64,000 nucleotides of DNA from Syntrophorhabdaceae bacterium (GCA_963666485.2 CAXXUO010000009.1:192001-256000), one strand, 5' to 3'; positions 49,414 to 59,723 are shown, numbered from the stretch's first letter. Made by a program: numbers and translations. The notes: a model not told the origin generated them from the letters alone.

Positions 49414-50787
49414 TCAGGCTGATTCGCGTTTCTTGAAATCGTCCGGGCTCAGTTTGTGTTTCTTGAGAAGGTCATACAGGTCTGCACGGTATTTCCCGGC
49501 ATACCTGGCAACCTCGGAAATGTTGCCCCTGCACGTCTCGAGGAGGTAGATGAGATAACTTTTTTCGAACGCATCCTTTGCCTGTTTCAGGGGGCGGACC
49601 GGGTCCTGGGACACAACGCCTTTTGTCTGGAGGACCAGGTCGTCCGTTATATACTCCCTGTCGGTCATTGCAGCCGCGTACTCTATGACATTTTCAAGTT
49701 CCCGGATATTCCCCGGCCAGTCATAGAGCATGAGCTTTTGCATTGCCTGCGGCGTCACGCCTTTGATATTTTTTTTCATGAGCGATGCCGCTTTCTCCAC
49801 GAAGAAATCGACGAGCGGAGGAACGTCCTCCTTGCGCTCCCGCAGGGCCGGCAGGTATATAGGGATAACATGGATCCTGTAGTAGAGGTCCTCGCGGAAA
49901 AGCTCCAGCCGGACAAGTTCCTCGAGGTTCTTGTTCGTCGCCGTGATTATCCTGACATCCACGTCAATGATCTTTTCGCTGCCCACGGGACGGACCTGCT
50001 TTTCCTGGATGACCCTGAGCATTTTCGCCTGGATGGAGAGCGGCATATCCGCTATCTCATCGAGGAATATCGTTCCTCCATGGGCCTGGAGGAACAGGCC
50101 CCTTGCCTCCTTGATCGCCCCGCTGAAGGCCCCTTTCTCATGCCCGAAAAGATTGCTTTCAAGCAGGGGTTCGGGCAGGGCGGCGCAGTTGATGGCAACG
50201 AACGCCCGGTCCTTCCGGTTGCTGGCCACGTGAATTGCCTTTGCGATGAGGTCCTTGCCGGTACCGCTCTCCCCGAGAAGGACAATCGTGGAATCCGTCT
50301 TTGCGATCCTCGAAATGGTCTCGAGGACCTCCTGCATTTTCTTGCTCTTCGCTATGATGTTGGCAAAGCTGTACCGTGATTCGAGAAGTTCCTTCAGCCT
50401 TTCGATCTCTGTGGACATGCGCCTGTTATCCATTATTTTTCGTATCTCGAACAGAAGGACCTCGGAATCGAAGGGTTTAGTGAGGTAGCTATACGCCCCG
50501 CGCTTCATGGCATCGACGGCATTGGCTATGCTGCCGTACCCGGTCAGGATGATGACAGGGATCTGCGGGTTGACTGCATGGATCCTTTCCATGAGGGTTA
50601 TACCGTCTATCCCGACAAGCTGAAGATCAAGCAGGGCGAGGTCAATGGCTTCTTCTCTTACGTATATCATGGCCTCTGATGCGTTGGTTGCTGCCGCCAC
50701 ATCGTACCCGGCCGCCTCGAGGCCGAGCGCGATCAATTCGAGGAGATTTCTTTCATCATCAACAACAAGGATCTTTCCCAGCGGCAT
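49414..50787 (-). CDS. Sigma54-dependent response regulator (NtrC family, GlrR-like)
   Basis: Receiver domain, GESGTGKD, GAFSGA, FLDEIADM, WPGNIRELEN, C-terminal HTH. Confidence 0.94.
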   Translation of the reverse strand: MPLGKILVVDDERNLLELIALGLEAAGYDVAAATNASEAMIYVREEAIDLALLDLQLVGIDGITLMERIHAVNPQIPVIILTGYGSIANAVDAMKRGAYSYLTKPFDSEVLLFEIRKIMDNRRMSTEIERLKELLESRYSFANIIAKSKKMQEVLETISRIAKTDSTIVLLGESGTGKDLIAKAIHVASNRKDRAFVAINCAALPEPLLESNLFGHEKGAFSGAIKEARGLFLQAHGGTIFLDEIADMPLSIQAKMLRVIQEKQVRPVGSEKIIDVDVRIITATNKNLEELVRLELFREDLYYRIHVIPIYLPALRERKEDVPPLVDFFVEKAASLMKKNIKGVTPQAMQKLMLYDWPGNIRELENVIEYAAAMTDREYITDDLVLQTKGVVSQDPVRPLKQAKDAFEKSYLIYLLETCRGNISEVARYAGKYRADLYDLLKKHKLSPDDFKKRESA

Positions 50788-50806
50788 AGCGACCCCCTTC
50801 ACCAGA

Positions 50807-52252
50807 TCATATCGGCAGAGTGAAAATAAACGTGGCGCCTTTTCCCGGCTCGCTCTTGGCCCACACGGAACCCCCGTGTGCCGTAATGATATGCTTGACA
50901 AAAGCGAGACCAAGCCCGGTTCCCTTTATCGGGCCGGAAGACCTTACAGGCGATTGGTGGAATTTCTCGAAGATCGTTTCGAGGCTTTCCTCGGGAATAC
51001 CCGGGCCGGTATCGTGTATCGAAAATTCCAGGCTGCCGTTATGCCGGTACACGTCTATGGATATCAGGCCATTCTCCGGGGCAAACTTGACCGCATTCCC
51101 GACCAGGTTGCGGATCGCCTGGAGGATCCTCTCCCTGTCGAGCCGTACGGGGGGCAGCGTATCTTCCTGCCCGCCGAACTGCATGGTGACCCGGACCTTC
51201 TTCGCCTCGATGAGGGGCGTCATCTCGTCGACGACCCTGCGTACAAGCGCGGGAAGATCGTCATAGCGCAAAGCGAAGGGCATCATTCCCGCCTCCATTT
51301 TGGAGAGCTCAAGTATGGTATTGACGATCTCGATGAGCCTGTTCGTTTCTTCGGACAATATGGTAAAGATCCTCTTCTGCTTGTCCGGCATCGGACCCGC
51401 AATACGGTCGCGCAAGAGGCTTATGCCCTGTTTTATCGAAGCGAGCGGGGTCCGCAACTCATGCGACATCGCTGCGATAAAGCCCGATTTCATCGAATCG
51501 ACCTCTTTGAGCTTCTCGCACATCCTGTTCAGCTCTCCGGCAAGTTCCGACACCTCACGGGGTGATGCAATGGAGAGGTCTCCCTCGAAGACCCCCCGTG
51601 ATATCTCCCGCGTCTTTTCCCTGAGAAGATGAAGCGGTTTCGTGATGCCGCGGGCATTGAGGAACAGGCCGATCGCCATGAAGGCCGCGGCTGTCGCGAA
51701 CAGGATAATGGATATCTTCTGGGACCTTGCGGCGGTCTGCTGAAGCATCGCCATCCTCAAACCGGTATCCCTTTCGTACATGCCCTTAAGGGCCTTCAGG
51801 TCATCTGAAATATCCCCGGCAATCCTGTCCGGCTTTTTGAGGTCGCCCGGACCGCTGTCGGTCCTTATTCCCTCTATCTGCGTATTGATGAGGGTCCGGT
51901 AATTGTCATAGCCCGATATTATCCGGGCAAGGGCATCTTTCTTCTCCGGTGTATCGACGGAGGACGACATCCTGGCGAGATATGCTTCAAATTCCTTCTG
52001 CCCGTCGATGATCGGGCGAAGGAATGCCACATCGCGGGCAACAATGAACCTGCGCATGGATAATCTCTGGGACTCGAGCGAATGCGCCAATCGCTCGTTG
52101 AGATCGAGACCGTTCCGGTCCTGTTGAAAGATCACATTCACCTCGACGTTCAGGCGATGTAGCGCCCACACCGAGTATGCATTGATCATCCCAAGAAAAA
52201 TGATCACAGCAAAATAACTGAAAAGAAGGCGTGAAAAAATATTCAAACGCAT
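50807..52252 (-). CDS. Membrane sensor histidine kinase with HAMP domain (GlrK-like)
   Basis: Two TMs, SHELRTPL, NAVKF, DTGPGI, GTGLGL. Confidence 0.94.
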   Translation of the reverse strand: MRLNIFSRLLFSYFAVIIFLGMINAYSVWALHRLNVEVNVIFQQDRNGLDLNERLAHSLESQRLSMRRFIVARDVAFLRPIIDGQKEFEAYLARMSSSVDTPEKKDALARIISGYDNYRTLINTQIEGIRTDSGPGDLKKPDRIAGDISDDLKALKGMYERDTGLRMAMLQQTAARSQKISIILFATAAAFMAIGLFLNARGITKPLHLLREKTREISRGVFEGDLSIASPREVSELAGELNRMCEKLKEVDSMKSGFIAAMSHELRTPLASIKQGISLLRDRIAGPMPDKQKRIFTILSEETNRLIEIVNTILELSKMEAGMMPFALRYDDLPALVRRVVDEMTPLIEAKKVRVTMQFGGQEDTLPPVRLDRERILQAIRNLVGNAVKFAPENGLISIDVYRHNGSLEFSIHDTGPGIPEESLETIFEKFHQSPVRSSGPIKGTGLGLAFVKHIITAHGGSVWAKSEPGKGATFIFTLPI

Positions 52253-52477
52253 CGAGCACCTAATATCGAATCGTTTCGCCGGCTTTGTTCTGAAACGGGG
52301 GACGGGTTACATCATACTTGTTTTCTTTTGCATTCCGGTTAACATGGATGTGCAGGAAAAACCCTGCGCTGTATGAAATGACCTGGGGGAAAAACCCTTC
52401 ATTTGAAACCGTACAGATAAATTGCCCGAAACTCATAAATCGTTTAACTCCGGTAGTATAGCACAATTTTTTCTCCG

Positions 52478-52493
52478 AGGCACGTCATTTGCT
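52478..52493 (+). promoter_or_regulatory. Sigma54 -24/-12 promoter AGGCACGTCATTTGCT
   Basis: GGCACG-N4-TTGCT with exact GG-N10-GC spacing, 70 nt upstream of ATG 52563; divergent from a sigma54 activator operon. Confidence 0.8.
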
Positions 52494-52562
52494 CTTTCTA
52501 TCGCACCAATCCAAATGGATACCGTTCAATGGCTTGGTAATTTTGACTGTGGGGAGGCCTTA

Positions 52563-53390
52563 ATGAATCACAGGGCAAACGTAAGTTCCGGAGTGTCGAT
52601 CTTTGCGATATGGCTTATCGCCGGCGCACTTCTTCTGGGACTTTTCGCGGGAAGCGCATCGGCAGCAAGCGTCGCGCTCGCCTGGAACGCAGCGGCAGGC
52701 GTGTCCGGGTACAAGATCTATTATGGAACGGCAAGCGGCACCTACACGGCCAGCGTCAAGGCGGGGAACGTGACGGCCTATACCGTTGCAAATCTTGCCG
52801 ACGCCACGAAGTATTATTTCACCGTCACCGCCTATGATTCATCAGGCATTGAAAGCGACCATTCAAACGAGGTAACTGCGGGCGGCGGCACCTCGTGCAC
52901 GTACGCTATCTCCCCGTCGAGCGCTTCTTTCACGTCAAGCGGCGGCACCGGAAGCATATCCGTTACAGCCGGCAGCGGCTGTTCGTGGAGCACGTCGACC
53001 GGCGTCTCCTGGATAACGATCTCATCCGGGTCAACAGGCACCGGGAGCGGCACGATATCATACAAGGTAGCCGCCAACACCGGCTCCGCGCGCACAGCAT
53101 CGTTCACCGTGGCCGGAAAGACCTTCACGGTGTCCCAGTCGGCGGCGTCATCGGGCACAACGACGAAATATACCATAACGATCAGATATGCCGGGACCGG
53201 CTCCGGTACGGTCACTGCAAGTCCCGCGGGCCCGTATGCATACGGCACATACGTCAAGCTCACCGCCGTACCGAACACCGGTTCGGTCTTCGCCGGCTGG
53301 TCAGGATTATGCTCCGGCAGCACAAATACGACATGTTCGGGATATGTGTACAACAACTATACCGCCACGGCCACTTTCAACAGGAAGTAA
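52563..53390 (+). CDS. Secreted Ser/Thr/Gly-rich protein: FN3-like + BACON-like + InlB B-repeat-like domains
   Basis: GGAGG RBS; signal peptide ASA/A; LAW...GYKIYYG...YYFTVTAYD..G.ES..SNEV; CSWS....SWITI..G..G.GSGTI.Y.VAAN...RT; V.LTA.P..GS.FAGWSG.C. Confidence 0.85.
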   Translation: MNHRANVSSGVSIFAIWLIAGALLLGLFAGSASAASVALAWNAAAGVSGYKIYYGTASGTYTASVKAGNVTAYTVANLADATKYYFTVTAYDSSGIESDHSNEVTAGGGTSCTYAISPSSASFTSSGGTGSISVTAGSGCSWSTSTGVSWITISSGSTGTGSGTISYKVAANTGSARTASFTVAGKTFTVSQSAASSGTTTKYTITIRYAGTGSGTVTASPAGPYAYGTYVKLTAVPNTGSVFAGWSGLCSGSTNTTCSGYVYNNYTATATFNRK

Positions 53391-53457
53391 CCGGAAGGGG
53401 CGAGGCACTGCACGTGAACATGACATGTGTTAAAGTAGTACATAAAGGAGGCGTTTC

Positions 53458-54294
53458 GTGAAAAAGATATTATCGGCGATGGCGGTTTTAGCACTGCTTA
53501 TCGTATGTCAAACAGGTCATTCAACGGTCATCTGGCAGGAAAATTTCGACGGGTTTACGCGCGACTACAGTTGCTCTCTTGCGGACTGTTCGCTCAATCC
53601 CGGTCTCCCGGCGGGATACGTCGGCTTCGGTTCGAACACCCTTTGCAAGAACTACGGCCAGCCCAACGCCCAGATCGTGGCCGCCGCCGAGCGGTCGAAC
53701 CCGGGCCAGACGAACAAGCGCGGTTTTCGCATAAACCTGGAGGAACAATGCTGGCCCACCGGGGAGAACATACTGAAAAAAGACCTGGGCAAGAATTATA
53801 CCCTTCTCTACCTTCGCTGGTACCAGAGGGACTCCGCAAAGTCTTTCTCCAATTTTCAGAAGCTCTTCCGCCTGAAACAGTCGAACGGCCAGATCATCAT
53901 CCCTGAGTTTCAGGTCAACGGCAGCAACGTCCAGATGAATCTCTGGGACGCACAGACCAACAGCAACCACTTTTTCACGGGATACAGCCTCAACACCCAG
54001 TACACCGTCAATACATGGGTCTGCTACGAGATCAAGATCGACCTCGTCAACAAACAGGCGGAGTTCTGGGTCAACGGTGTTTCGAAGGGAACACTGAACG
54101 CCACCTGGTGGCCGTCGGGATGGTACGTACGGTATATCGAGATCGGCGGCAACCAGTACGGACAATCGTGGGTATACCCGGTGGAGCAGACGCGCGACTA
54201 TGATGACATCGTCGTCGCCGACTCATATGTCGGGCCCATGGGCCCTCCTGCTTCAGCAGTTCCGGTACCGCAGAACCTCAGGGTCGTGCCTTAA
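53458..54294 (+). CDS. Secreted beta-jelly-roll (LamG/ConA or polysaccharide-lyase-like) protein with C-terminal PVPQNLRVVP tail
   Basis: AGGAGG RBS; signal peptide; WQENFD, LYLRWY, KLFR, WVCYEI, EFWVNG, YDDIVVA..YVGP. Confidence 0.7.
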   Translation: MKKILSAMAVLALLIVCQTGHSTVIWQENFDGFTRDYSCSLADCSLNPGLPAGYVGFGSNTLCKNYGQPNAQIVAAAERSNPGQTNKRGFRINLEEQCWPTGENILKKDLGKNYTLLYLRWYQRDSAKSFSNFQKLFRLKQSNGQIIIPEFQVNGSNVQMNLWDAQTNSNHFFTGYSLNTQYTVNTWVCYEIKIDLVNKQAEFWVNGVSKGTLNATWWPSGWYVRYIEIGGNQYGQSWVYPVEQTRDYDDIVVADSYVGPMGPPASAVPVPQNLRVVP

Positions 54295-54313
54295 CCTGAT
54301 CGCAGTCAATACC

Positions 54314-54354
54314 GGCCGGGACCGCGGGCGATGCCGCTGTCCCGGTCTTTTTTT
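54314..54354 (+). terminator. Intrinsic terminator
   Basis: GGCCGGGACCGCGG...CCGCTGTCCCGGTC followed by T7. Confidence 0.75.
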
Positions 54355-54374
54355 GCGTGACCCTCCGCGGATAC

Positions 54375-55169
54375 CTATTTCCGGACCTTGATAAGGAGGC
54401 CGTGCGAAAAACGCCTGAAGAACGGACTGTTCCTTTTTTCAAACATCATCTTTCCGATGCCGACCGATAATTTCGGAAGCAAGATATCGACGAACGGGAC
54501 TCTGAAATCATAGTGTTCCAGGGAGAGGATATCGAGCCTGCTCAAGGCAACATCCTTCAGGAATTTTTTCCGTGATGAAAAATTGAATTGAAAATTTATG
54601 TCATCGTACCTCTTGCCAAAGACTATCGATTTCAGCCGGTGATAAAGCGGCACGAACATCCGGTACATGGCAGGCCAGCGGATATTGTTTATCTGGATGA
54701 TGGCATGGCCTCCCGGTTTGAGCACCCGGTATATCTCGTTGAGGACCTGTTTATGATCGCTGACGTAACACATGAGGCCTATCGAGAGGACCATATCCAT
54801 ACAATTACTTGCAAAAGGGATCTCCGAGGCGTTGCTCACAACGAAATGGGACGATGCGGCCATTCGGCCGGGCCCGGCGGCCTCGCGGGCTTTTTCTATC
54901 ATTTCCCGCGACAGGTCTGCGCTGAATACGGTATGTCCCCTGTCTATCAAGCCGCGTGTCAGGATGCCGGGCCCGCAACCGACGTCAAGGATGCGGGACG
55001 GCAGGATCGAGGCCATGCCCAGGATTATCTCCTTGCGCGTCAGGTAGGCGAGTCCCTCACATGTATTGGAATGGTAGCGTTCCCTCTGGTATTTCGCCGC
55101 GTCGCGGTCGTGAAAATTTCTGACATTCCTGAGATGCTCCTCGATCTTTACAGTGTGCTGTCGCATCAT
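54375..55169 (-). CDS. Class I SAM-dependent methyltransferase
   Basis: ILDVGCGPG, ADLSREMI, EIYRVLKPGG. Confidence 0.9.
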   Translation of the reverse strand: MMRQHTVKIEEHLRNVRNFHDRDAAKYQRERYHSNTCEGLAYLTRKEIILGMASILPSRILDVGCGPGILTRGLIDRGHTVFSADLSREMIEKAREAAGPGRMAASSHFVVSNASEIPFASNCMDMVLSIGLMCYVSDHKQVLNEIYRVLKPGGHAIIQINNIRWPAMYRMFVPLYHRLKSIVFGKRYDDINFQFNFSSRKKFLKDVALSRLDILSLEHYDFRVPFVDILLPKLSVGIGKMMFEKRNSPFFRRFSHGLLIKVRK

Positions 55170-55219
55170 GTGACCATCCCCGGGTATTAAATGACCCCTC
55201 AGCTTATTTTCCCCTGAAC

Positions 55220-56410
55220 CTATGCCCTTCCCGAACGGCCCCACTGTTTCGCGCGCATACCCGACAACCCGAGAATGTCGATGCACCCTTTCCACAGGAG
55301 AAAGAAGGGCGCAAAACCAAGGGCTCTGAGGAAGGAGAACACGGGCATTCTTGCGAGGTGCATGCCGCTCGCAAAATACCCGAGCTCAAGCAATATCAGC
55401 ACGAAAAGCCAGGCGATCACACCGGGTACCGGGTGGAATATATGGATCAAGAGCGCGGCGGCAAAAAGGGCAACGCTCAGGTTGACCATGAGGGAAAGGT
55501 TCGGCAGCAAAAGGGGGAAGGATGCATCGATGATCCTCACATCCCGTGCCTTGAGCCCCTGCGCGAGAAGCCTGATCCCGAATCTCCGTGCGACCTCGAA
55601 GCGCCCCGAAGACCAGCGCAGCCGCTGGCGTGACGCATGCTGCAGGTCTTTCGATTCCTGGTGATATAACCGGGAATTCACAGCGAACCCGACCGGCTCC
55701 CCATGGCCGGCAAGGATGGCGTAATATTCATAATCCTCGGCCATGGTCCCTGTTGCCCATGGGTGACGTTCAAGAAGGCTGGTCCTAAAGCACATGCCGT
55801 TTCCCATGAGGTACGATGACAGGCCGATCCTGTATTTGGCCTCATGGTACAGCAGGTTGTTTATGGTCCGCGAAAGATGGATCACGCGGGTAAAAGCCGT
55901 CTCCGACGAATTGGCGAGGCAGTTGTTGCACTGCACAGCATTGCTCCCGGCGTTGAGCGCCTCATCCAGGCCATGGAAAAATCCGGGATCGATAATGTTG
56001 TCTGCATCGGCAATGACGACGGCATCGAATGGCGCGAGGTCGAGGACCTTGAGCGCCCACTCGATCGCGAAGCCTTTTCCTCTTTTGGCTTCATCATACC
56101 TCGCGAGGACCTTTGCGCCGCACCGCCGGGCCACGAGGGCGGTATGATCGGTACAGTTGTCCGCTATGACGCAGGTATCGAATTTCGCCCGATCGTAATC
56201 GATGCTCCTTAAGCTCATCAGGATGCGCTCTATTATACCCTCTTCGTTATAGGCGGGCACGAGAAGAAGGTACCGGTGTTCGCGCTGTCCGGCCGGGGAT
56301 ATCTCCCTGCCCTTCACAAGGAAATAGGCCGCGGCCAGGGAAACATAGTAAAGAACGCTGAACGACAGGTAGATGAGCGGCACTGCGAGCGCGAAGCCAA
56401 CGATAGACAC
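55220..56410 (-). CDS. Membrane-bound family 2 glycosyltransferase with QxxRW motif
   Basis: VPAYNEE, ADNCTD, DAD, AEDY, QRLRW, flanking TM helices. Confidence 0.9.
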   Translation of the reverse strand: MSIVGFALAVPLIYLSFSVLYYVSLAAAYFLVKGREISPAGQREHRYLLLVPAYNEEGIIERILMSLRSIDYDRAKFDTCVIADNCTDHTALVARRCGAKVLARYDEAKRGKGFAIEWALKVLDLAPFDAVVIADADNIIDPGFFHGLDEALNAGSNAVQCNNCLANSSETAFTRVIHLSRTINNLLYHEAKYRIGLSSYLMGNGMCFRTSLLERHPWATGTMAEDYEYYAILAGHGEPVGFAVNSRLYHQESKDLQHASRQRLRWSSGRFEVARRFGIRLLAQGLKARDVRIIDASFPLLLPNLSLMVNLSVALFAAALLIHIFHPVPGVIAWLFVLILLELGYFASGMHLARMPVFSFLRALGFAPFFLLWKGCIDILGLSGMRAKQWGRSGRA

Positions 56411-56428
56411 TTAAGGCACTCTCCTTGT

Positions 56429-58543
56429 TCAGGTATTCTGTTTAAACCAGCGAAACGTCCGGCTGAGTCCCACATTGAGCGGCACTTTCGGGGACCATGA
56501 AATCGCCTTCTTGATCTTCTCATTGCTGAAATCGATCTCGGCTGATGCGGAGTCCAGGCGGTAACGGGTCAATACCGGGTTTTTCTTCAACATTGAAAAG
56601 GCTATCTCCTGGAAATGGACGAGCGATTTAACCAGCCAGTAAGGCAGCGCAACCGAGCGGGATGACGGGAACAACTCCTTCGCAAGTTTGTGCACGTAGT
56701 CCCGCTTTGTAATGACCTCGTCGTCGATGACGTTGAACGTATGCCCGGCGGACCTTTCATTTTCGATGCACAGGATAATGGCATCGACAAGGTTATCGAT
56801 GTATACCAGCGGGAGCTTCATTTTCTTTTTCCCGAGTATCATAAAGATCTTGTTGAAAAGCGAGATCCCGATAAGCGGGGTGAAGACGGGGCCGCGCGGC
56901 CCGTAGATCGTCGCGGGCCTCAATATGACCGTGGGGACCCTGCCGTTCCCGTTCACCGCCATGAGGCCTCGTGCGGCGTTCTCCGCCAGGAGTTTCGAGT
57001 AGGTATAAAAACCCCGCGCGGAAGGGTCCTTCTCGAGCCTGCCATCCTCGGCGACAAGTGAGCCCTTCTTGAGGCCGGCCATCTGGTACACGCTCATCGA
57101 GCTGATATAGATCACCCTGCGCACCTTGAGTTGGTGCGATAACCGCATCACCCTCTCCGTTCCCTGCACCGTCGTGGCGTCAAAGGCGTCCCAGTCGCCC
57201 TCCTGGGCGGCGGCGGCGTGCACGACGTAATCCATCCCGTCAATCGCCTCGGCTACGGCGAGTTCATCACGCAGGTCCCCGTAATGCACCTCCACGCCAA
57301 GCTGTCTGAACACATCGATGCTTGTCAGTTTCCGGACAAGGACCCGTACGGAATATCCTTTTTCGACGAGCACTTCGGTCAGCCTTTGGCCAAGAAAACC
57401 GCCCGCACCGGTTACAAGGACCCGTTCCCTGCCCGGTACCGCCGTTTCACGCGTTGAAGCAATGACATCATCGAAAACAGGGTGCAGGCGTCCCGCATCT
57501 TTCCATACCGAATCCATGACCTCGAGCACTTGAAGGGCGCTCTTGCGGCTCACGGGCGGTTCGGAGGAATGCAGAATGGAATCGTAAAAGCCGTGTATGC
57601 AGTTTCTCATCCCGGAATACGGCTTCAACGCGCCTGTCACGAACCGGTACACATTGGACACGGTCTGGGTCGTCAATCCTTTCGCCGCTCCGATATTGGA
57701 CACTATTTTTGTGACGGCCCCCGGTAATCCCGCATGGCGATTGGCGATCATGGTCATATTGTTGAAGTCGACGTTGATGATCGCCTTTTTATGATAGATC
57801 TTCAGGAAATGCTGGTACGGACGGGAATTGAAAGAGACCGTGAGCTTGCCGACGGCATTTTCTCCGTTGACCATGATATGGAGCTCGTCCGACAGTCCCT
57901 GGATCAGCGTTCCGCACGAGCGGGACATGGTTTGGACGTTTAGGGGCCTTCCAATATATTCGAGCAACAGGTACAGGGGGTGCGTGAGAAAATCATGGAA
58001 AAGGCCCCCGGGCAGGGAATATATCCAGGATATCTCGTTAGGTTTCCTGTAGCCCATGATCTCGGGGATATGGGGATTGATCCCGTAATAGCTTTCCACG
58101 TATGAAATGTCTTCGAACCTAAGGCCTTTCAGGACATCTTTTGCCTTGAGCATCCACGGATCGAACAGGTGGTTGTGATCGACGCACAGTCTGACCCCGT
58201 TTTTTTCGGCAATATCGAACAGCCTCTGCGCCGTTGCAAGATCGAGTGCCACCGGTTTCTCGACAAAGACATGATTCCCGAGTTCCATGGCAGCAGCCGC
58301 AAGGGACGCATGCGTCTGCGGCGGTGTCGCTATGTGAATGACGTTTGTCGATTCTTTCCGGATCATCTCCCCGATATCCGTATAGCAATGCTCTACACCG
58401 TACACCGTGCGCGCTTTTTCAAGGGCCTTTTCGTCCCTGTCAGCTACGGCACACAATAACGCATTCGGATAGGACCCGACGAACGCGTGATGAAAATGAA
58501 ATATTGTTCCACATCCGGCAATCCCTACTCTCAGCTTATCCAT
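56429..58543 (-). CDS. Fusion of Gfo/Idh/MocA oxidoreductase and NAD-dependent epimerase/dehydratase
   Basis: GIAGCG, HVFVEKP, DFLTHP; then VTGAGGFLG, YISSMSVY, YTYSK, RPATIYGP. Confidence 0.88.
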   Translation of the reverse strand: MDKLRVGIAGCGTIFHFHHAFVGSYPNALLCAVADRDEKALEKARTVYGVEHCYTDIGEMIRKESTNVIHIATPPQTHASLAAAAMELGNHVFVEKPVALDLATAQRLFDIAEKNGVRLCVDHNHLFDPWMLKAKDVLKGLRFEDISYVESYYGINPHIPEIMGYRKPNEISWIYSLPGGLFHDFLTHPLYLLLEYIGRPLNVQTMSRSCGTLIQGLSDELHIMVNGENAVGKLTVSFNSRPYQHFLKIYHKKAIINVDFNNMTMIANRHAGLPGAVTKIVSNIGAAKGLTTQTVSNVYRFVTGALKPYSGMRNCIHGFYDSILHSSEPPVSRKSALQVLEVMDSVWKDAGRLHPVFDDVIASTRETAVPGRERVLVTGAGGFLGQRLTEVLVEKGYSVRVLVRKLTSIDVFRQLGVEVHYGDLRDELAVAEAIDGMDYVVHAAAAQEGDWDAFDATTVQGTERVMRLSHQLKVRRVIYISSMSVYQMAGLKKGSLVAEDGRLEKDPSARGFYTYSKLLAENAARGLMAVNGNGRVPTVILRPATIYGPRGPVFTPLIGISLFNKIFMILGKKKMKLPLVYIDNLVDAIILCIENERSAGHTFNVIDDEVITKRDYVHKLAKELFPSSRSVALPYWLVKSLVHFQEIAFSMLKKNPVLTRYRLDSASAEIDFSNEKIKKAISWSPKVPLNVGLSRTFRWFKQNT

Positions 58544-59723
58544 CAATATCTTCCCCCTTGTGTCCCAGCACGGACATGTAGCAGTCCTGTATCTTTTGTA
58601 TCCATGACGAGCGATTGAAATCGCGCCGGACAACGTCCCGGGCATTGCGCGATATTGCCAGGTATTTTTCCCTGTTGACGACGAGTGACTCCACCGCCTT
58701 GCCGAGGGCTGCCATGTCCCCGGCATCGACGATGAGCCCGTTGACCCCGTCTTTAATTATCTCGGGCATGCCGCCCACGCGTGTCGAGACGACGGGGATG
58801 CCGTGCCGCATAGCTTCAAGCGCGGTAAGCGGTATACCTTCCATGGTCGACGAGATGACGAGAATGTCGAGCGACCTGTATATGCTTTCCATCTCATCGA
58901 CAAAACCGGTGAACCGTACTTTTCCGTCGAGCTTCAACCTGACGGTGAGGCCCTCGAGGCACTCCCGCTCGGGGCCGTCACCGACGACGACAAATTTGAG
59001 GTGGTTATACCTGCCCGCGAGGCAACGCGCTACGTCGAGAAATCCGGGGATGTTCTTTTCCGGACTCAACCGCCCGACGATCCCGATGAGGAAGTCACCT
59101 TCCGGTTCTGTCACGGCAACATGCCTCTGCCCGGTATCGATGAGATCGACAGCGTTCCGTACGGTCGCCATCTTTTCCCCGGCAATCCCGCTTTTGAGCA
59201 GTTCCTCGCCGATATGGTCCGACACGGGCAGGATGCGGTCGAAATAACGAAGCGCGATCAGGTCGGCATGGCCATAGAGGCGCAGCCGCGAGTTTATCGG
59301 GACAAACCCGTGGATGGTTGCAACAATGGGCCGTGACGATATCCGTGCGGCGAAAAGCCCGATAATGTCCGACCGGTATCCATGCGTATGGATAATATCC
59401 ACGTCCCGGGTGCGGATAAGTTTGATGACCCGCGGTATGTTGTCGACATCGATGGTCCGTTTCAACCAGAAAATTGTGCAGGGTATCTGTCTTTCCCGCA
59501 GCCGTGCCACGAACTCATTCTGAGGAAAGTGTGTATTTACGAAAGCGCCGACGATTATGTTGAACCGTGTCCGGTCTATAGACTCGGCCAGGTTGAGGAC
59601 GACCCGTTCGGCGCCCCCGAAATGCGTCGGGGCGATAAGGTGAAGCACCGTCAAAGCGTCAGGGTGCAATGTCCTTAGAGTGTCGCCGCCGATATGTTGA
59701 GGTTCGGCCTGCCAGTTTGCCAT
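58536..59723 (-). CDS. Family 4 glycosyltransferase (GT-B)
   Basis: GGAERVV, HTHGYR, VGRLSPEKN, VGDGPER, EGIPLTALEAM; own ATG 59723 with purine-rich RBS. Confidence 0.88.
   Translation of the reverse strand: MANWQAEPQHIGGDTLRTLHPDALTVLHLIAPTHFGGAERVVLNLAESIDRTRFNIIVGAFVNTHFPQNEFVARLRERQIPCTIFWLKRTIDVDNIPRVIKLIRTRDVDIIHTHGYRSDIIGLFAARISSRPIVATIHGFVPINSRLRLYGHADLIALRYFDRILPVSDHIGEELLKSGIAGEKMATVRNAVDLIDTGQRHVAVTEPEGDFLIGIVGRLSPEKNIPGFLDVARCLAGRYNHLKFVVVGDGPERECLEGLTVRLKLDGKVRFTGFVDEMESIYRSLDILVISSTMEGIPLTALEAMRHGIPVVSTRVGGMPEIIKDGVNGLIVDAGDMAALGKAVESLVVNREKYLAISRNARDVVRRDFNRSSWIQKIQDCYMSVLGHKGEDIDG

Noticed and set aside
54256..54294. PEP-CTERM sorting signal (AVPVP resembles VPEP)
   Set aside because: No transmembrane helix or basic tail follows; the protein ends seven residues later.
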